Assembly: GCF_964355755.1 (NCBI RefSeq) | Contig: NC_092672.1 | Location: forward strand, 35,594,437 to 35,658,436 | Source of the DNA: Antedon mediterranea | Lineage: Eukaryota > Animalia > Echinodermata | Direction of reading: 5' to 3' | DNA length: 64,000 bases | In this document: one piece after another, positions 49,401 through 61,700 of the stretch | Layout: each line of letters starts with the position of its first letter | Position numbering within the stretch: the first letter of the stretch is position 1 | Notes under the pieces: model-generated | What the model saw: only the letters and a program-made list of their open reading frames with translations | Database searches by the model: none | Told to the model about the DNA's origin: nothing | Position numbers and translations under genes: made by a program

Positions 49401-51839
49401 TGTTACAGTATACAAACTGTTTTCTGTTTTTTAAGTAATTACTAAACCAGTAAACAACATTTTCATGGAACCATATTTGTAAAGCTTAAATAACAAAATC
49501 GAGTGATCTATCGTGTCAAAGCATTTGGATATATCTAAGAAACAAGCGCCGACGACCTCTGAGTCATTAAAACTTTCTAACCAATCATCAACTACTCTGT
49601 GCAAGCATGTTACAGTAGAATGGTTTTTCAAAAAGGCAAATTGATCAATGTTAATCAAATCAAACAAACTAAGAAAAGAAATGATTTGTTCCTGAACCAC
49701 TCTCTCTATAATCTTTGCGATATGAGCAACGACAGATATTGGTCTGTAGTTGCTCATACTGTCTTTACTACCCTTTCCTTTATATATAGGAGTTGTCCTT
49801 GCTACTTTCCAATCAGCTGGGACAAGACCAGACATGAGAGAGAGATTCACAATATGACACAATGGATAAGCAATGTACGGAGCTGCTAACCTTAACAATT
49901 TACTATCAAAATCAAGAACATCTAAATTTTTTTCTGGCAAATTATAAAGCTTCCTTTTAATGGTATTTACATCAACATTTAAAAAATTAAAGGAATATTC
50001 ACTAGGTGGATTATTCCAACTTGGCAGCGTATCGTCAAATGACTGCGCCATCTTAACTCCTATGTTGGTAAAGTATTCATTAAAATGTTCGCAATCAATA
50101 GTTTTACTAATGTTAGATTTCGTTTTACCAGTTAGTTTATTTAGCTCGTTCCACATTTTTTTTGGATTATCTTTATATTTTATATTTACATTATTAAAAT
50201 AGTTATACTTTGCTTTCTTAATGTTAGTGTTAACCAGATTTCTAAGTCTTCTATACTCAGTTTTTAATCCTGGATTATTAACATTTACTTTGCTTTTAGT
50301 ATAATCTCTTTTGTACATTAACTTTATAATTTCAGGAGTTATCCAGGGAGAGAATCTATTTTTTATTCTTGAATTTTTTATAGGCCCATGTTTATTACTT
50401 AAATTTAGAAAGCAATTTTTAAACGTACCCCATGCATTGTCAACGTTATTAATATTGTGAATATTTTGTAATTTCTGAGAATGGGAAATATCATGCAAGA
50501 ATGCCTACTTCCTTGTTTCTCAAAATTAATTGAAAAAATAATGCATAATCGAATTTCTTCCTTTTTAACTAAACATAACATTTTATTTAAAGGCCAATAT
50601 GGTTTCAGGAAAAAGTATTCAACAGATCTTGCTTTATTAGATATTTTTGACAAAATTACAATTGCCCTGAGTAAAAATGAGTTTTCTGTTGGCATTTTCC
50701 TTGATTTATCTAAGGCCTTCGATACTATTAACCACGATATTTTAATTCATAAACTTTCAAATTACGGTATCAGAGGCCTTCCTTTAAAACTAATTAAAAG
50801 CTACCTTTCCAATCGTGTTCAGTTTACTTCCTTAAATAATTTTAACTCTTCCTATTCCCGTTTAACCTGTGGTGTTCCCCAAGGATCGATTCTTGGACCA
50901 CTCTTATTCCTGATTTTTGTTAACGATATACCAAACAGCTCTAAATTACTAAATTTTATCTTATTTGCTGACGACACAAATATTTTTTTCTCTCATCCTA
51001 AATTAAATACCTTGTTTAAAATTGTCAATGATGAGTTACTTAAAGTTTCAAATTGGCTCAAACACAATAAATTAACTCTTAATACATTCAAAACGAACTA
51101 TATAATATTTTCTAAACGTAAAATTTCAAATTCTTTAAATGAACAAATATACATTGATAATAAAATGATCAAACGAGTTAATGAAACACAATTTTTAGGA
51201 GTAACCATAGATGCCTCTCTGACTTGGAAACTACATATAAATAAAATCAGTAATCTAGTTTCTAGAAATGTTGGAATATTGAACAAATTAAAACATATCT
51301 TCCCTCAAAAAACCTTATTAACCCTTTATAATACTTTAGTTTTGCCTTACCTTTCTTATGCCAATTTATGTTGGGCAATTACTCTAGATAAATTTAATAC
51401 GTTATGCCCCTGGACAAGTCTAGAGAAAACTCAAATTGACCGCCTTTTTAAACTACAAAAACGTGCACTTCGGATTTGCGCGGGAGAATCATTTAGAGCC
51501 CATACAAAATTACTTTTTAAAAGATTTAACGTTTTAAACATTTATGATTTAAATAAATTACAAGTTGCCTCATTTATGTACCGTTTATCTAACAATTTAC
51601 TGCCTTCACATTTTAATGCTTTATTTACAAGAATTGACGAACGCCATTCCTATAAAACCCGATCCTCTGTTAACAATTATATCCTTGATAATTTAAATGT
51701 TAAGGCTCAACGATTTTCTATGTATTATTTTGGTCCCAAACTTTGGACTTCACTCTCAAATGAACTTAAACAGAAATCTTCCTTTTCTAGTTTTAAATCT
51801 AATTTCAAACACAAAATGGTGTCAGAATATGCTACATAA
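46459..51839 (+). CDS. LINE ORF2 (APE endonuclease + reverse transcriptase), split by an insertion; 46459-48294 + 50508-51839 = 1055 aa
   Basis: HLNARSL, GDFN, SDHFP, YRPISL|LPCFSKLIE, GVPQGSILGP, FADD; no stop in either half. Confidence 0.93.
48295..50503 (-). mobile_element. Inner 5'-truncated non-LTR retrotransposon (CR1/L2/Crack-like), antisense to its host
   Basis: CCTA target duplication (48291-48294 / 50504-50507); (TTA)n tail at 48295-48318; RT motifs YRPISV, DISKCFDTI, GVPQGSVLGP, FADD; one frameshift (~49470) and one TAG (49042-49044). Confidence 0.93.
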
Positions 51840-53341
51840 TTTTTCGCCGATCTTTTATCCTTATTTATTTGGTGGTGATACATGGCATTAAATCCTTCAC
51901 CCTGGTATTCAATAATCTCCGCTACATTGTATCGTTATACTTGTTATTATACCATATTTAATTATATTTCATATTGTACTCTAATTGTTATCATTATCCC
52001 TTTTATCATATATTATATAATTGCCTGGTTTATCTTAACTTCTATAATTTAAAATTTTTTTATTTTCTTTATTTTATGTACTTTCACTATTATATATTCA
52101 TATTTTAGTCTACTCTGTAGCAATGTTAGTATACTTAGGCATACGGGAGTCACGACTTAAAGTTCAGTGAACTTACTGTGACTTCCATCCACCCACATTT
52201 AATATATGTTATGTAAATGTAAATGATATATATATATATATAAGTGAGTGGAAAAAATAAATAAACGAAACGAAACGAATAGTTGTATCTGATAAAAGTG
52301 TCGCCAATATACAAAATGTATTGTCAAAAGAATTAAAATCTATTAATTCTTGGTTATTAGATAATAGATTGTCATTGCATCTAGGCAAAACGTATTCAAT
52401 TCTATTTGGATCTAAACGTAAACTCAGAAATCAACAAGAATTGAAAGTTACATGTAATGATCATATAATCACAAACAAGCCGACAGTAAGTTATCTAGGA
52501 CTTGAACTCGATAACAATCTAACTGGAGATTATATAGGTAAATCAGTTATAAAGAAAGTAAACTCAAGGGTTAAATTTTTATATAGAAATAGAAAGTACT
52601 TAACTTTCAGAGATCTTAAGTTACTAGCAAATAGTTTGGTGTTGCCTTTATGATTATGCTTATCTGGATTAAAAAAACAATTAAAAATTAAATTGCAAAC
52701 TGCACGAAATAAGACAGTCAGATGTATTCTTGGTCTTGAAACAAGGGATCACATTAGGGCTAATGAATTAAACAAACTGAATTGGCTCTCAGTAGATTTA
52801 ACAGTTAAACAGATAAAACTTTGTCACATGTATCGTATTATTAATGGATTAAGCCCTACGTTTATGAATGGTGGTATTAGTAGAGCAAATGTAATTCACC
52901 AGTACAATACTAGATTTGCAACTCAATCAATTTATAGACCATATATAGGTAACCACTCCCAAACAACCTTTGTTAACACGGCAATAACGTCATGGAATCA
53001 TCTGCCAAAATTGATACAGTGTTCAGAAACCATCAATCAATTCAAAAGAAATATCAGGAAACATCTCAAAGAGGTTATGCTTGAAAGATTATAACTTAAT
53101 TGTACTTGTTATTAAATGAATCATTTGCCATTATTTTTGTGTTTCTTGGATGTACGGCTTAGGAATCAGACATTATCTGAGGTAAAATGTCACATTTCAA
53201 ATGGTCTCAAATCTTTTATACGAATCTTTTATATCCATACCAAATGCTATGCTTCTAACCCAATTTGAATCACACAAGCTTTACATCGAAATATAACCTT
53301 TTACTTAATAAATTTAGGTTTTCTTAAATATCGATTTTTAG

Positions 53342-55287
53342 ATTATTTGCAAATGTAAAGGTGATGAAGCCTGCGAGAAATTCATTACAAAGGATAATCG
53401 ATATTCGACGACTCTTAGACAAACAAATTAACGAAACAGCGGCAAATACAACAAGGTAAACTTGCCTGATTATTTTTTTTTTATTTATGTTTTTTTTTAT
53501 GTCTTTAGGCAATTTGGCCAAGGATTACCAATAGTAAATTAATCACTGTCGTATCAGATAGGTGGTAATCCCCCTGATACAGGGGCTATTTTGTGAACCA
53601 GTTCACCGGGGGAATCCCCTAGGCCTACTCTCCTCGAATAATGAACTGGATTTTTTTAAATGCACACAGATTATAACTGTGAACACTGGACCTATACGGT
53701 TTATAAATTATAGTCCTTATCCGAGAAGACTTGTTCCACCACCAGAACTAGGATCAAGTCGGTCTCGAACCCTTGCCGATGTTGTTGGCTCTTTCGGTAC
53801 GCCCCTGCCTTAACCGCTCGGCCATTTGACTCGCTCAAGAATAATATAGTTACAGACAGACAGACAGACCGACAGACTCTGTACCGCTTTCTATGATAGC
53901 ATTTGATGTGTAATTAAAATGACTCTTGTCCATCAGTATTGTCTAATCTTAGAGTTTTTCAGAAACTGAATTCGTAATGCAAATCCTCCTTCTGAAATTG
54001 CGGTGTGTGGGGATTGCGTTGAGGCGCAACATTTCGTTAGATCGTACTATAGCTATATTACTATATAGCTATCGCATATATTATGCCTATAATTATAGCT
54101 TTCTTTTCTGCAGAAACACATTGAATGAGTCTTCGCCGATCAGATTGCTCCGTGTTTATCCTAACGATCAGATATCAAACCAAACTTACACCGAAACAGC
54201 TCAAGCCAATGGGGAACCATGGATAAAGATGTTGGAACCAGAAAGATGTTGGAACAAGAACAAAATTAGTGACAATAAACAATGAAGAGGGAAGACTTTA
54301 CGACTGGTGCTCACAGAATAAAAATGATAGCTGTTACAAAACGACGTATCGTTATCTGAACAATTTGAATAATTCCACTATTATATGGTTGACAAAAGCA
54401 AGCGGTTATTATATATATATTATATATATTATATATTATCTCAAGATGAGTATGGTCAATACTCTACGACTGTTTAAGCCAAACATTGTATTAGCACGAC
54501 CAAAAAGATTACTGAGCAAATATGTTAGAAGGTAAAGATCTATATCTATCTATACAAAATTATAATAGCACTAAGCCGAAAACAATGTGTTCCTTTATAT
54601 GTCTAACCGGATACTAGCGCCGTTCGAGTTAGGGCACCTTTTATCCATCTAGAACCGCAAATTTGTACGAAAAATGTATCATTTAATTCAAAGAGGCCTA
54701 GGAAATAATCAATTGGCTCAAATGTACATCGAGTGGTCCGACTGGTTGTTTGTCCTCCAGCTTTCCAATTTGGTAGTAGACCGTGTTTTTTTTCATATGA
54801 GCTATGACCATTGCCGTCAGTACAGACATCAAACATGCATACTCAGTGTTTTAAAGATCGTCACAAATCGACTGAAAAAAGGGGTATGCCTACACCACAT
54901 TTCAGGTTGATATTATGATTTCCACACTAATGCATTATTTGGTATGCTCTTTCAGTTAAAATAATCACTAGGCCTACATATACTGTACCTTTGTTTTTGT
55001 ATCTTTTTTTTAGGAGGTGGAATATTAAAAAGCCATCGTCAGGCCTTTACTTATTTTCGCTCGCTGGAAATATGTGTAGTAAAGTATCATTGTATGGATT
55101 TTACCCTTTCAATCAAACAGCCGAAGGAAAACCCGTCACGTACAATTATTACGGAAACGCATTTTTTAAAAATGGTCACAACATACCAGAGGAATATAAA
55201 ATTTTAAAACAGCTGAATGCGTCTAGTAGTATTAGGTTGGTTACATCGCCTTGTAGGCCTACATCAAAACGTGTAAGGTCTAAGTGA
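53342..55287 (+). pseudogene. ST8Sia-like copy B pseudogene (exons 53342-53455, 54114-54531, 55014-55287)
   Basis: Most of sialylmotif L is deleted with a frameshift near 54226-54245; motif III HYY>NYY; AT-repeat insertion near 54405-54437; no exon 1 immediately upstream. Confidence 0.85.
53490..53830 (-). mobile_element. Deu/Nin-type tRNA SINE
   Basis: Reverse complement of the 59510-59860 family with A/B boxes and an A-rich tail. Confidence 0.85.
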
Positions 55288-55875
55288 TGGCGGTGGCCTA
55301 CTGCTTTTTGTGTTTCCGCTCTCGACTCGGACGTCTTTGTTTTGCATATGGCGTGCCCCGACTTCAATTGTATCAGGGAGGTACTGATTGTATATTCAAG
55401 TTTTAAACATAGCTCCACGTTTATACTACTTTTTTAAAAATTTTAATATGTATTATCCGCTGTTATTGGTATGGAGAAATACAAAAATGAATAAATAAGC
55501 AAATCAATAGTTGACATGGAGTTGATTAAAAAAGAGATACAATAACGTTATTATTATTATTACACGGACCGTCCGTTTGCTTTGTTTGTTTGGAGAAGTC
55601 TACCAAACCACATTGTTCCCCTGCTGGGATAAAGTTGTTTTTACACTTTGTAAATCCGCACTTATTACACGTCAAAAGCCTTGTCTACACTATAAAACTT
55701 TATGCGACAAAAAAATGTGATGTGCCCATATGGATATGATGATATTAATTTAAGCATATCACTACCATTTGCGACAGTAAAAATCTATTTTAAGTTTATT
55801 TACGACAATGTAATGTATTATTTTAACATTTTATCATTTGTAAACTATTTTTAAATGTATGTATCTATTTTTAGA

Positions 55876-56140
55876 TGGAGCACTGTGGCGCATTGGTTAG
55901 AGCCTTGAACTTGCAGTGCAGTGTTGAGTCCTTGAGCAAGATTTTTATCCACAGGTGATTGAAATGGGTACCGGTATGTAAAAAGTACTGGGAAGGTAAA
56001 GCAGACTCGTTTGTGCGGGAGGAGTGGCGTACCCCCCACAAACATACACACTTAGTGGAGTCTGGCCCAAACGCTAAAGAAATGGAGATGGGCACCACGG
56101 CCGTTAGCATTAGCTTAGGTTTCGACTTTACCTTTACCTA
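55876..56140 (+). mobile_element. tRNA-derived SINE of a second family
   Basis: TGGCGCATTGG A box, gtccttgagcaag..aaatgggtaccgg core, (CTTTAC)n tail. Confidence 0.6.
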
Positions 56141-56252
56141 AATGTATGTACACTGTCTGCTTTTAACGATGTTCTCATGAGTGATCTACATGAACAATAA
56201 CCGAATACTCGGGCATTGTTATATATTCATTGTTGGTGAGTAGTTGAGTTAA

Positions 56253-56938
56253 CCTCACTTACTGTAATATTATTTGGGGTAATACATACCCGTCCTACTT
56301 AAACAAACTGTTATTGATCCAAAAGAAAACCGTAAGATACATAGCAAATGCTCCTCTTTTATCCCATTCCAATCCTTTATTTTCTTCATTTGGTCTTCTT
56401 AAAATTCAGGATATTAACCATCTTCAACAAAGTGTTTTCCTCTATTCATGGCTAAACTCGATCCTACCATCACACTTTGATGATTTATTTAGTTTCAATC
56501 TTAATTTTCATAACCACAGTACTCGGAGCGCAAATCAAATACGTATTCCTTTTTTTAAAACTACTTCTTTTAAACATAGCATTAAGTTCACTGGTCCTAA
56601 ACTTTGGGATAACGTACCAGTTAATATAAAAAGTGCTTTGTCTAAGAAGAGTTTTTCTTTTAAATTGAAACGGCACCTCTTATCTAGTTATGTTTAATTA
56701 TCCTTTCACTCATTGTAGTTTTGATATTTAGTCTTTTCGGTACCCCGAATCTAAAAGTCTTCATTACTGTTTTTGTCCTGTTTCCGGTTCCCGTGTTGTC
56801 CTGTTTTTGTTTTTTTTTTTCATTTTCTATGGGCTGCCTTATACAAGCTTTGCTTTTTAGGAATGTTGCCCCTCTTATTTTAATAATTTTTACTGTTAAT
56901 TTTTATTTTCTATGAAAGACAAGAGAAATAAATGTTAC

Positions 56939-56970
<32 letters not shown>
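56253..56970 (+). mobile_element. 3' fragment of a CR1/L2-like LINE with (ATTG)n tail
   Basis: LTYCNIIWGNTY..IQKKTVR..GPKLWD..FKLKRHLL is an ORF2 C-terminus; T-rich 3'UTR; microsatellite tail at 56941-56970; AGTTAA on both sides may be a TSD. Confidence 0.85.
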
Positions 56971-56974
<4 letters not shown>

Positions 56975-57420
56975 GTTAAAGGTTTGAAAGTTAAGTTGAA
57001 AAAGTAACACAGAAAAGTTCCAAGCACAATTCCGTCGTCTGAGCGAAAGACGTTGCTCTACGTGTGTGTCATTACATAATATTGGCATAATACGTCTAGT
57101 AAATAAATGTGTTATTTTTTATGAAATGTAGAGGGGCCAATTTAGAGCTAAATAAATTGTTTTTGAAAAGAAGTTTCGATTAAAATTTAGGTAAAATAAA
57201 TATAAATTAGGAAAAATAGGAATTTAAACAAAATAAATAATATAGAACCTACATGATTTATTACACCGTTAAAAGTTTTTTTTTTTAATACGCCATTTTA
57301 ATCTTTACTTTTCGTGTTTTTGGGGGACATCTTTAAACAGAAATTATCGGGCATTACTAATTACCAAGCTTTAAAAGGTATTCATTGTTGGTGCATTGAT
57401 GGGAAATATGCAAGTTTGAC

Positions 57421-57840
57421 ATTGTTTGTTTCTCAAGTTGGAACCAAGTTGTTTGGTTTTTAAGTTGGGAACCAAGTTGTTTGGTTCCCAAGTTGGAACC
57501 AAGTTGTTTGGTTCCTAAGTTGGAACCAAGTTGTTTGGTTCCCAAGTTGGAACGAAGTTGTTTGGTTCCTAAGTTGGAACCAAGTTGTTTGGTTCCCAAG
57601 TTGGAACCAAGTTATTTGGTTTCTAAGTTGGAACCAAATTGTTTGGTTCCTAAGTTGGAACCAAGTTGTTTGGTTCCCAAGTTGGAACTAAGTTGTTTGG
57701 TTCCCAAGTTGGAACCAAGTTCTTTGGTTCTTAAGTTGGAACCAAGTTGTTTGTTTCTCAAGTTGGAACCAAGTTGTTTGGTTTCCAGGTTGGAACCAAG
57801 TTGTTTGGTTTCCAGGTTGGAACCAAGTTGTTTGGTTCCC
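57421..57840. repeat. Palindromic 24-bp minisatellite
   Basis: About 17 tandem units. Confidence 0.95.
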
Positions 57841-58239
57841 ATTGACTCAGCTTATATTATTCATTTACTTCCGCCATGATCGTATTGTAGTTATTATAAC
57901 AAATACGCAAATCGTATTGAAAAGACATTAGTGGCATACATGAATAAACAGAGGTGTCGATACAGGTTCATATAAAAGAATATTTCTATTCGACGGTGGT
58001 GAAGCAGAAAGATAATAAAGCCTTAAATATAGTGAAATAAGCCTTTTGTTAAGGAAGTGCGTATAATGTTATAAAAGAAAATGTATAATGTGTTTCAATT
58101 ACTTTAATTATTTTTGTAACAAGGCCATGGCAGTCACGTTCTCAAATTTGAGTTAGTGTTTACCGACCGACCAACCGACCGATATAGTGAGCTGTAGAGT
58201 CGCGTTGCACGCGACTAATAAAATAGTTCTTTTTCTTTG

Positions 58240-58281
58240 TTGGTTACATCGCCTTGTAATCGTCATCCTAAAACATTCTGA
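58240..58281 (+). pseudogene. Second remnant of an ST8Sia last exon
   Basis: Same sequence as 36907-36948, inside the segmental duplicate. Confidence 0.75.
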
Positions 58282-58741
58282 CATCCATAGGCCTACGAGT
58301 TGCATTTAACCTTATCAATTAATCTGTTCATTGGACGCCCAACACAACGACGTAATCAACGCAGATGAGTTGACCAATCACAACCGATAATACGGATGAT
58401 CCATCGCGTCCTTTTTGGCCAAATTGCTTGCGTGCGCTTACGTCCTTGCGTTGCGCGCCAAGTGGAAACCAAGCACCTGAATAAAATAATTATATGGTGC
58501 ACGAAAAGAAACTTTATTACATACAAATATGTCCTTCGGTGAAAAAATACTTTTTAGGTAGGCCTAGTTTTGGCTAAACACAAGACAGAAAATAAAAGTG
58601 TGCCAAAATAATCTATCTTTTTACCAAATTAAATAGTATAGACAGGGATTAAGTATACATGAATAGTTGAGCATGATTAATAATGTATAGCCCCCTCAAT
58701 CTGATCCTCTTTTTTGCAGAGTTACATTTTATTAATTTGCG

Positions 58742-61700
58742 ATGGCGTCGGCCAGTACAAAGTGTGTGTTTATTGTTTCTCTTGCATTAATTATATACAC
58801 ATTAATTTACTTGTATTCACCGCCGCATACTACAAGTTTTGATTCAGGATTTAGGTACGTATGTAGAAATTAAGAAATCAAATGGCGAAATTATTAACTG
58901 AATTTTCGTGCGATCTAGGAACAAGTAGAGTTAGCAGTTTACGTGATGTGTCGTCAGTCGCCTGGACAAAGTCGTTTGGTTCTCAAGTTGGAACCAAGTT
59001 GTTTGGTTCTCAAGTTAAAACAAAGCTACTGGTTCTCACTTGGGTGGTGTTCGCGCGCCGTGAGTTGACAAATCACAAGCGACATCGTGTCGTGATAAAA
59101 GTTAAAATTACACGCACTTGTGTTGCGTCGTCCTAGTGGGGAACCAAGAGAAGGCACGTCCCACAATGCGCAGAAATAATAATAATTTATTTGGAGTTTA
59201 AACTTTTACAACAGTGGCACTCGACCAAATGGAAGGTGCATCCATAAGAAATATACACAAAAAACATGATACTGTATCAATCAATCTATCAATTACAATA
59301 AAAAGTCGATGTAGTCAACGTCAAAACAATTCGACTACAGTAACTACAATACCATTAATAATCACTAAATCAGCAGGAAACCCACTGACACCTACAAATA
59401 CAAAACTACAAGAAATAAACATAGGCCTATAGAATAAGTTAAAAACTGTACAATATAAAATGAATTGGGAAACAATGTAGGCCCAGACCTAACACTATAC
59501 TGAGATAGATATCATATGGCCGAGCGGTTAAGGCAGGGGCGCCGTTTACCGTACCTAAAGAGCCAACAACAACATCGGCAAGGGTTCGAGGCCGACTCGC
59601 TCCTAGTTCTGGTGGTGGAACAAGTCTTCTCGGATAAGGACTATAAACCGTAGGTCCAGTGTACACAGTTATAACCTGTGTGTACTTTAAGGAACCCAGT
59701 TCATTATTCGAAAAAGAGTAGGGGGTTACCCCGGTGAACTGGTTCAATAGCCCCTGTATCAGGGGGATTACCACCTATCTGATAGGACAGTGATTAATTC
59801 ACTATTGGTAATCCTTGGCCACATTGCCTAAAGACATAAAATAAAATAAAAAAATAAATAAAATATCAACCATTTAGTTTAATTGATATGAACATTACTC
59901 GCCCAGAGCAACACATCTGTGTGCCCATATTCTTTTAACATAGTGCTTACAGTAAAGACATTTGATATGGAATCGACGTCATACATATAATAATTAAAAT
60001 GACCAAGTTGCGCGACGACGACGACAATTCAATTTACATCTCTGCTCTCTCCGATCGAAATTGTGCATCTGTGATTCCTTTTCAGTCACTGGTCTTACGA
60101 GTATTTAGTATAGTTTTTTTGCACATCAATACTTTAATCATAATTATAATATTCATAGTTTTCTTCCTTCGTGATCCACACGTATATCGTACCGTATGTA
60201 AAAGACATTAATAATGGTATATTAAGATGTGGCGATAGGCCTATACAACATAAAAGAATGTTTCTATTGTTTATTATAAATAAAAACCGCACTTATTTTT
60301 CGAAGGCGTTGAAGCAGAATGAGCATTATAATTATTGTGAAATAAGCCTTTTCAAATTCACATTTCAAATATTTACATTGTTAAAGGCCTCGATTTAAGG
60401 AAGTGATTATAATGTTATGTTAGAAACTGTTTTTCAATTACTACAATCGTGAACCGGTAACTAGTTTTGTAAATAAAATAGTCTTTCCTTGTAAAATTGG
60501 TTGTTCTTTTGATTGATTTATTTACTTTTTCCGTAAGAAAAACTACTTAATTAATAAACACTGTTTTATTTAGCATCTACATCTTTAGCATCGTTATGTT
60601 TTTGTTCACCTTTCTTGCCTGTTGTTGTCTTCTGACTAGGCTAGGAGGCACCGGGTCCCTGAAAAGATCAAGACTTAACCGATTCTAGTAACTGGGGTCC
60701 TTATACACTGATCCCCAGTTAGCGATGATGGTGTATCCCATACTCCAGTTTGGGTGCTAGCTTGGTGTTTTTGTCTTTTTGTTCTCTTCCTTTTGGTTTC
60801 CACTCTTTCTCTTTATTGTCGAGCGCATGGAGACATCGTTTATCAAGTTATTCGTTCCCAAGTTGGAACCAAGCTATTGGTTCCCAAGTTGGAACCAAGC
60901 TATTGGTTCCCAAGTTGGAACCAAGCTATTCGTTCCCAAGTTGGAACCAAGCTATTGGTTCCCAAGTTGGAACCAAGCTATAATTGGTTCCCAAGTTGGA
61001 ACCAAGCTGTTGGTTCCCAAGTTGGAACCAAGCTGTTGGGTCCCAAGTTGGAACCAAGCTATTGGTTCCCAAGTTGGAACCAAGCTATTGGTTCCCAAGT
61101 TGGAACCAAGATATTGGTTCCCCAGTTGGAACCAAGTTATTGGTTTCCAAGTTATAACTTATGTTCCTTTTTTTAAACTCAGAAAAAGTCAATTATTTAT
61201 CACTGTAACAGCTAGTCTGCATTTGTGGAAAAGACTAGAAAATGATATTAAACAATCTGTTTCGTTTTCTTGATCCGAACAATAACAATACCATACTATT
61301 ATTATTATTGAATAAAAGTTATTGAACTTGAACTTATAGGTATTAGAGAATTGTATTATAAGATAACATTATTCAGAAATGAAACATGGATATCTGAAAC
61401 TGAATCATATACAAATTGAGAATGTTATAACAAGGGTCAAAGGTTAATACTGTAGGCCTATACCGTACGCTAAATCAACTATCAGTAATTTTGATAACTT
61501 CAACGGAGCTTTGTTGGTTTGAGGATATGTTAGGCCTACGGATTAATAGATTGAATATGATATGTTTTCATTTGATTTGTTTTTTTCTTCTTTTTTGTTG
61601 CTATTTCTGTATGTAAAATTTGCACTACAAATGCATCTTTGTACTGTAAGTGGGCTACCGATCTAATGGTGTATCCAAATAAATAAACATGAAAGTCAAT

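Larger units (their letters stand above)
45575..52277 (+). mobile_element. Middle non-LTR retrotransposon (CR1/L2/Crack-like): 5'-truncated ORF1, ORF2, 3'UTR and (GAAAC)n tail
   Basis: AAT duplicated at 45572-45574 and 52278-52280; ORF1 with RRNNVRIVGVEE; tail aaataaacgaaacgaaacg; 3'UTR stem-loop near 52146-52186. Confidence 0.92.
43032..53100 (+). mobile_element. Outer non-LTR retrotransposon (CR1/L2/Crack group), degenerate; own sequence 43032-45574 and 52278-~53100
   Basis: Frameshifted 2A-like motif, PHD finger, APE (HLNVRSL, YRPP, GDFN, SDH) and RT (YRPVS, DLQKAFDTV, YADD); the frame resumes after the insert as AIVVSDKS...LSLHLGKT. Confidence 0.9.

Noticed and set aside
50481-51839. Stand-alone 452-aa reverse transcriptase gene
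   Set aside because: The first codons come from the antisense insert; the rest is the second half of the split ORF2.
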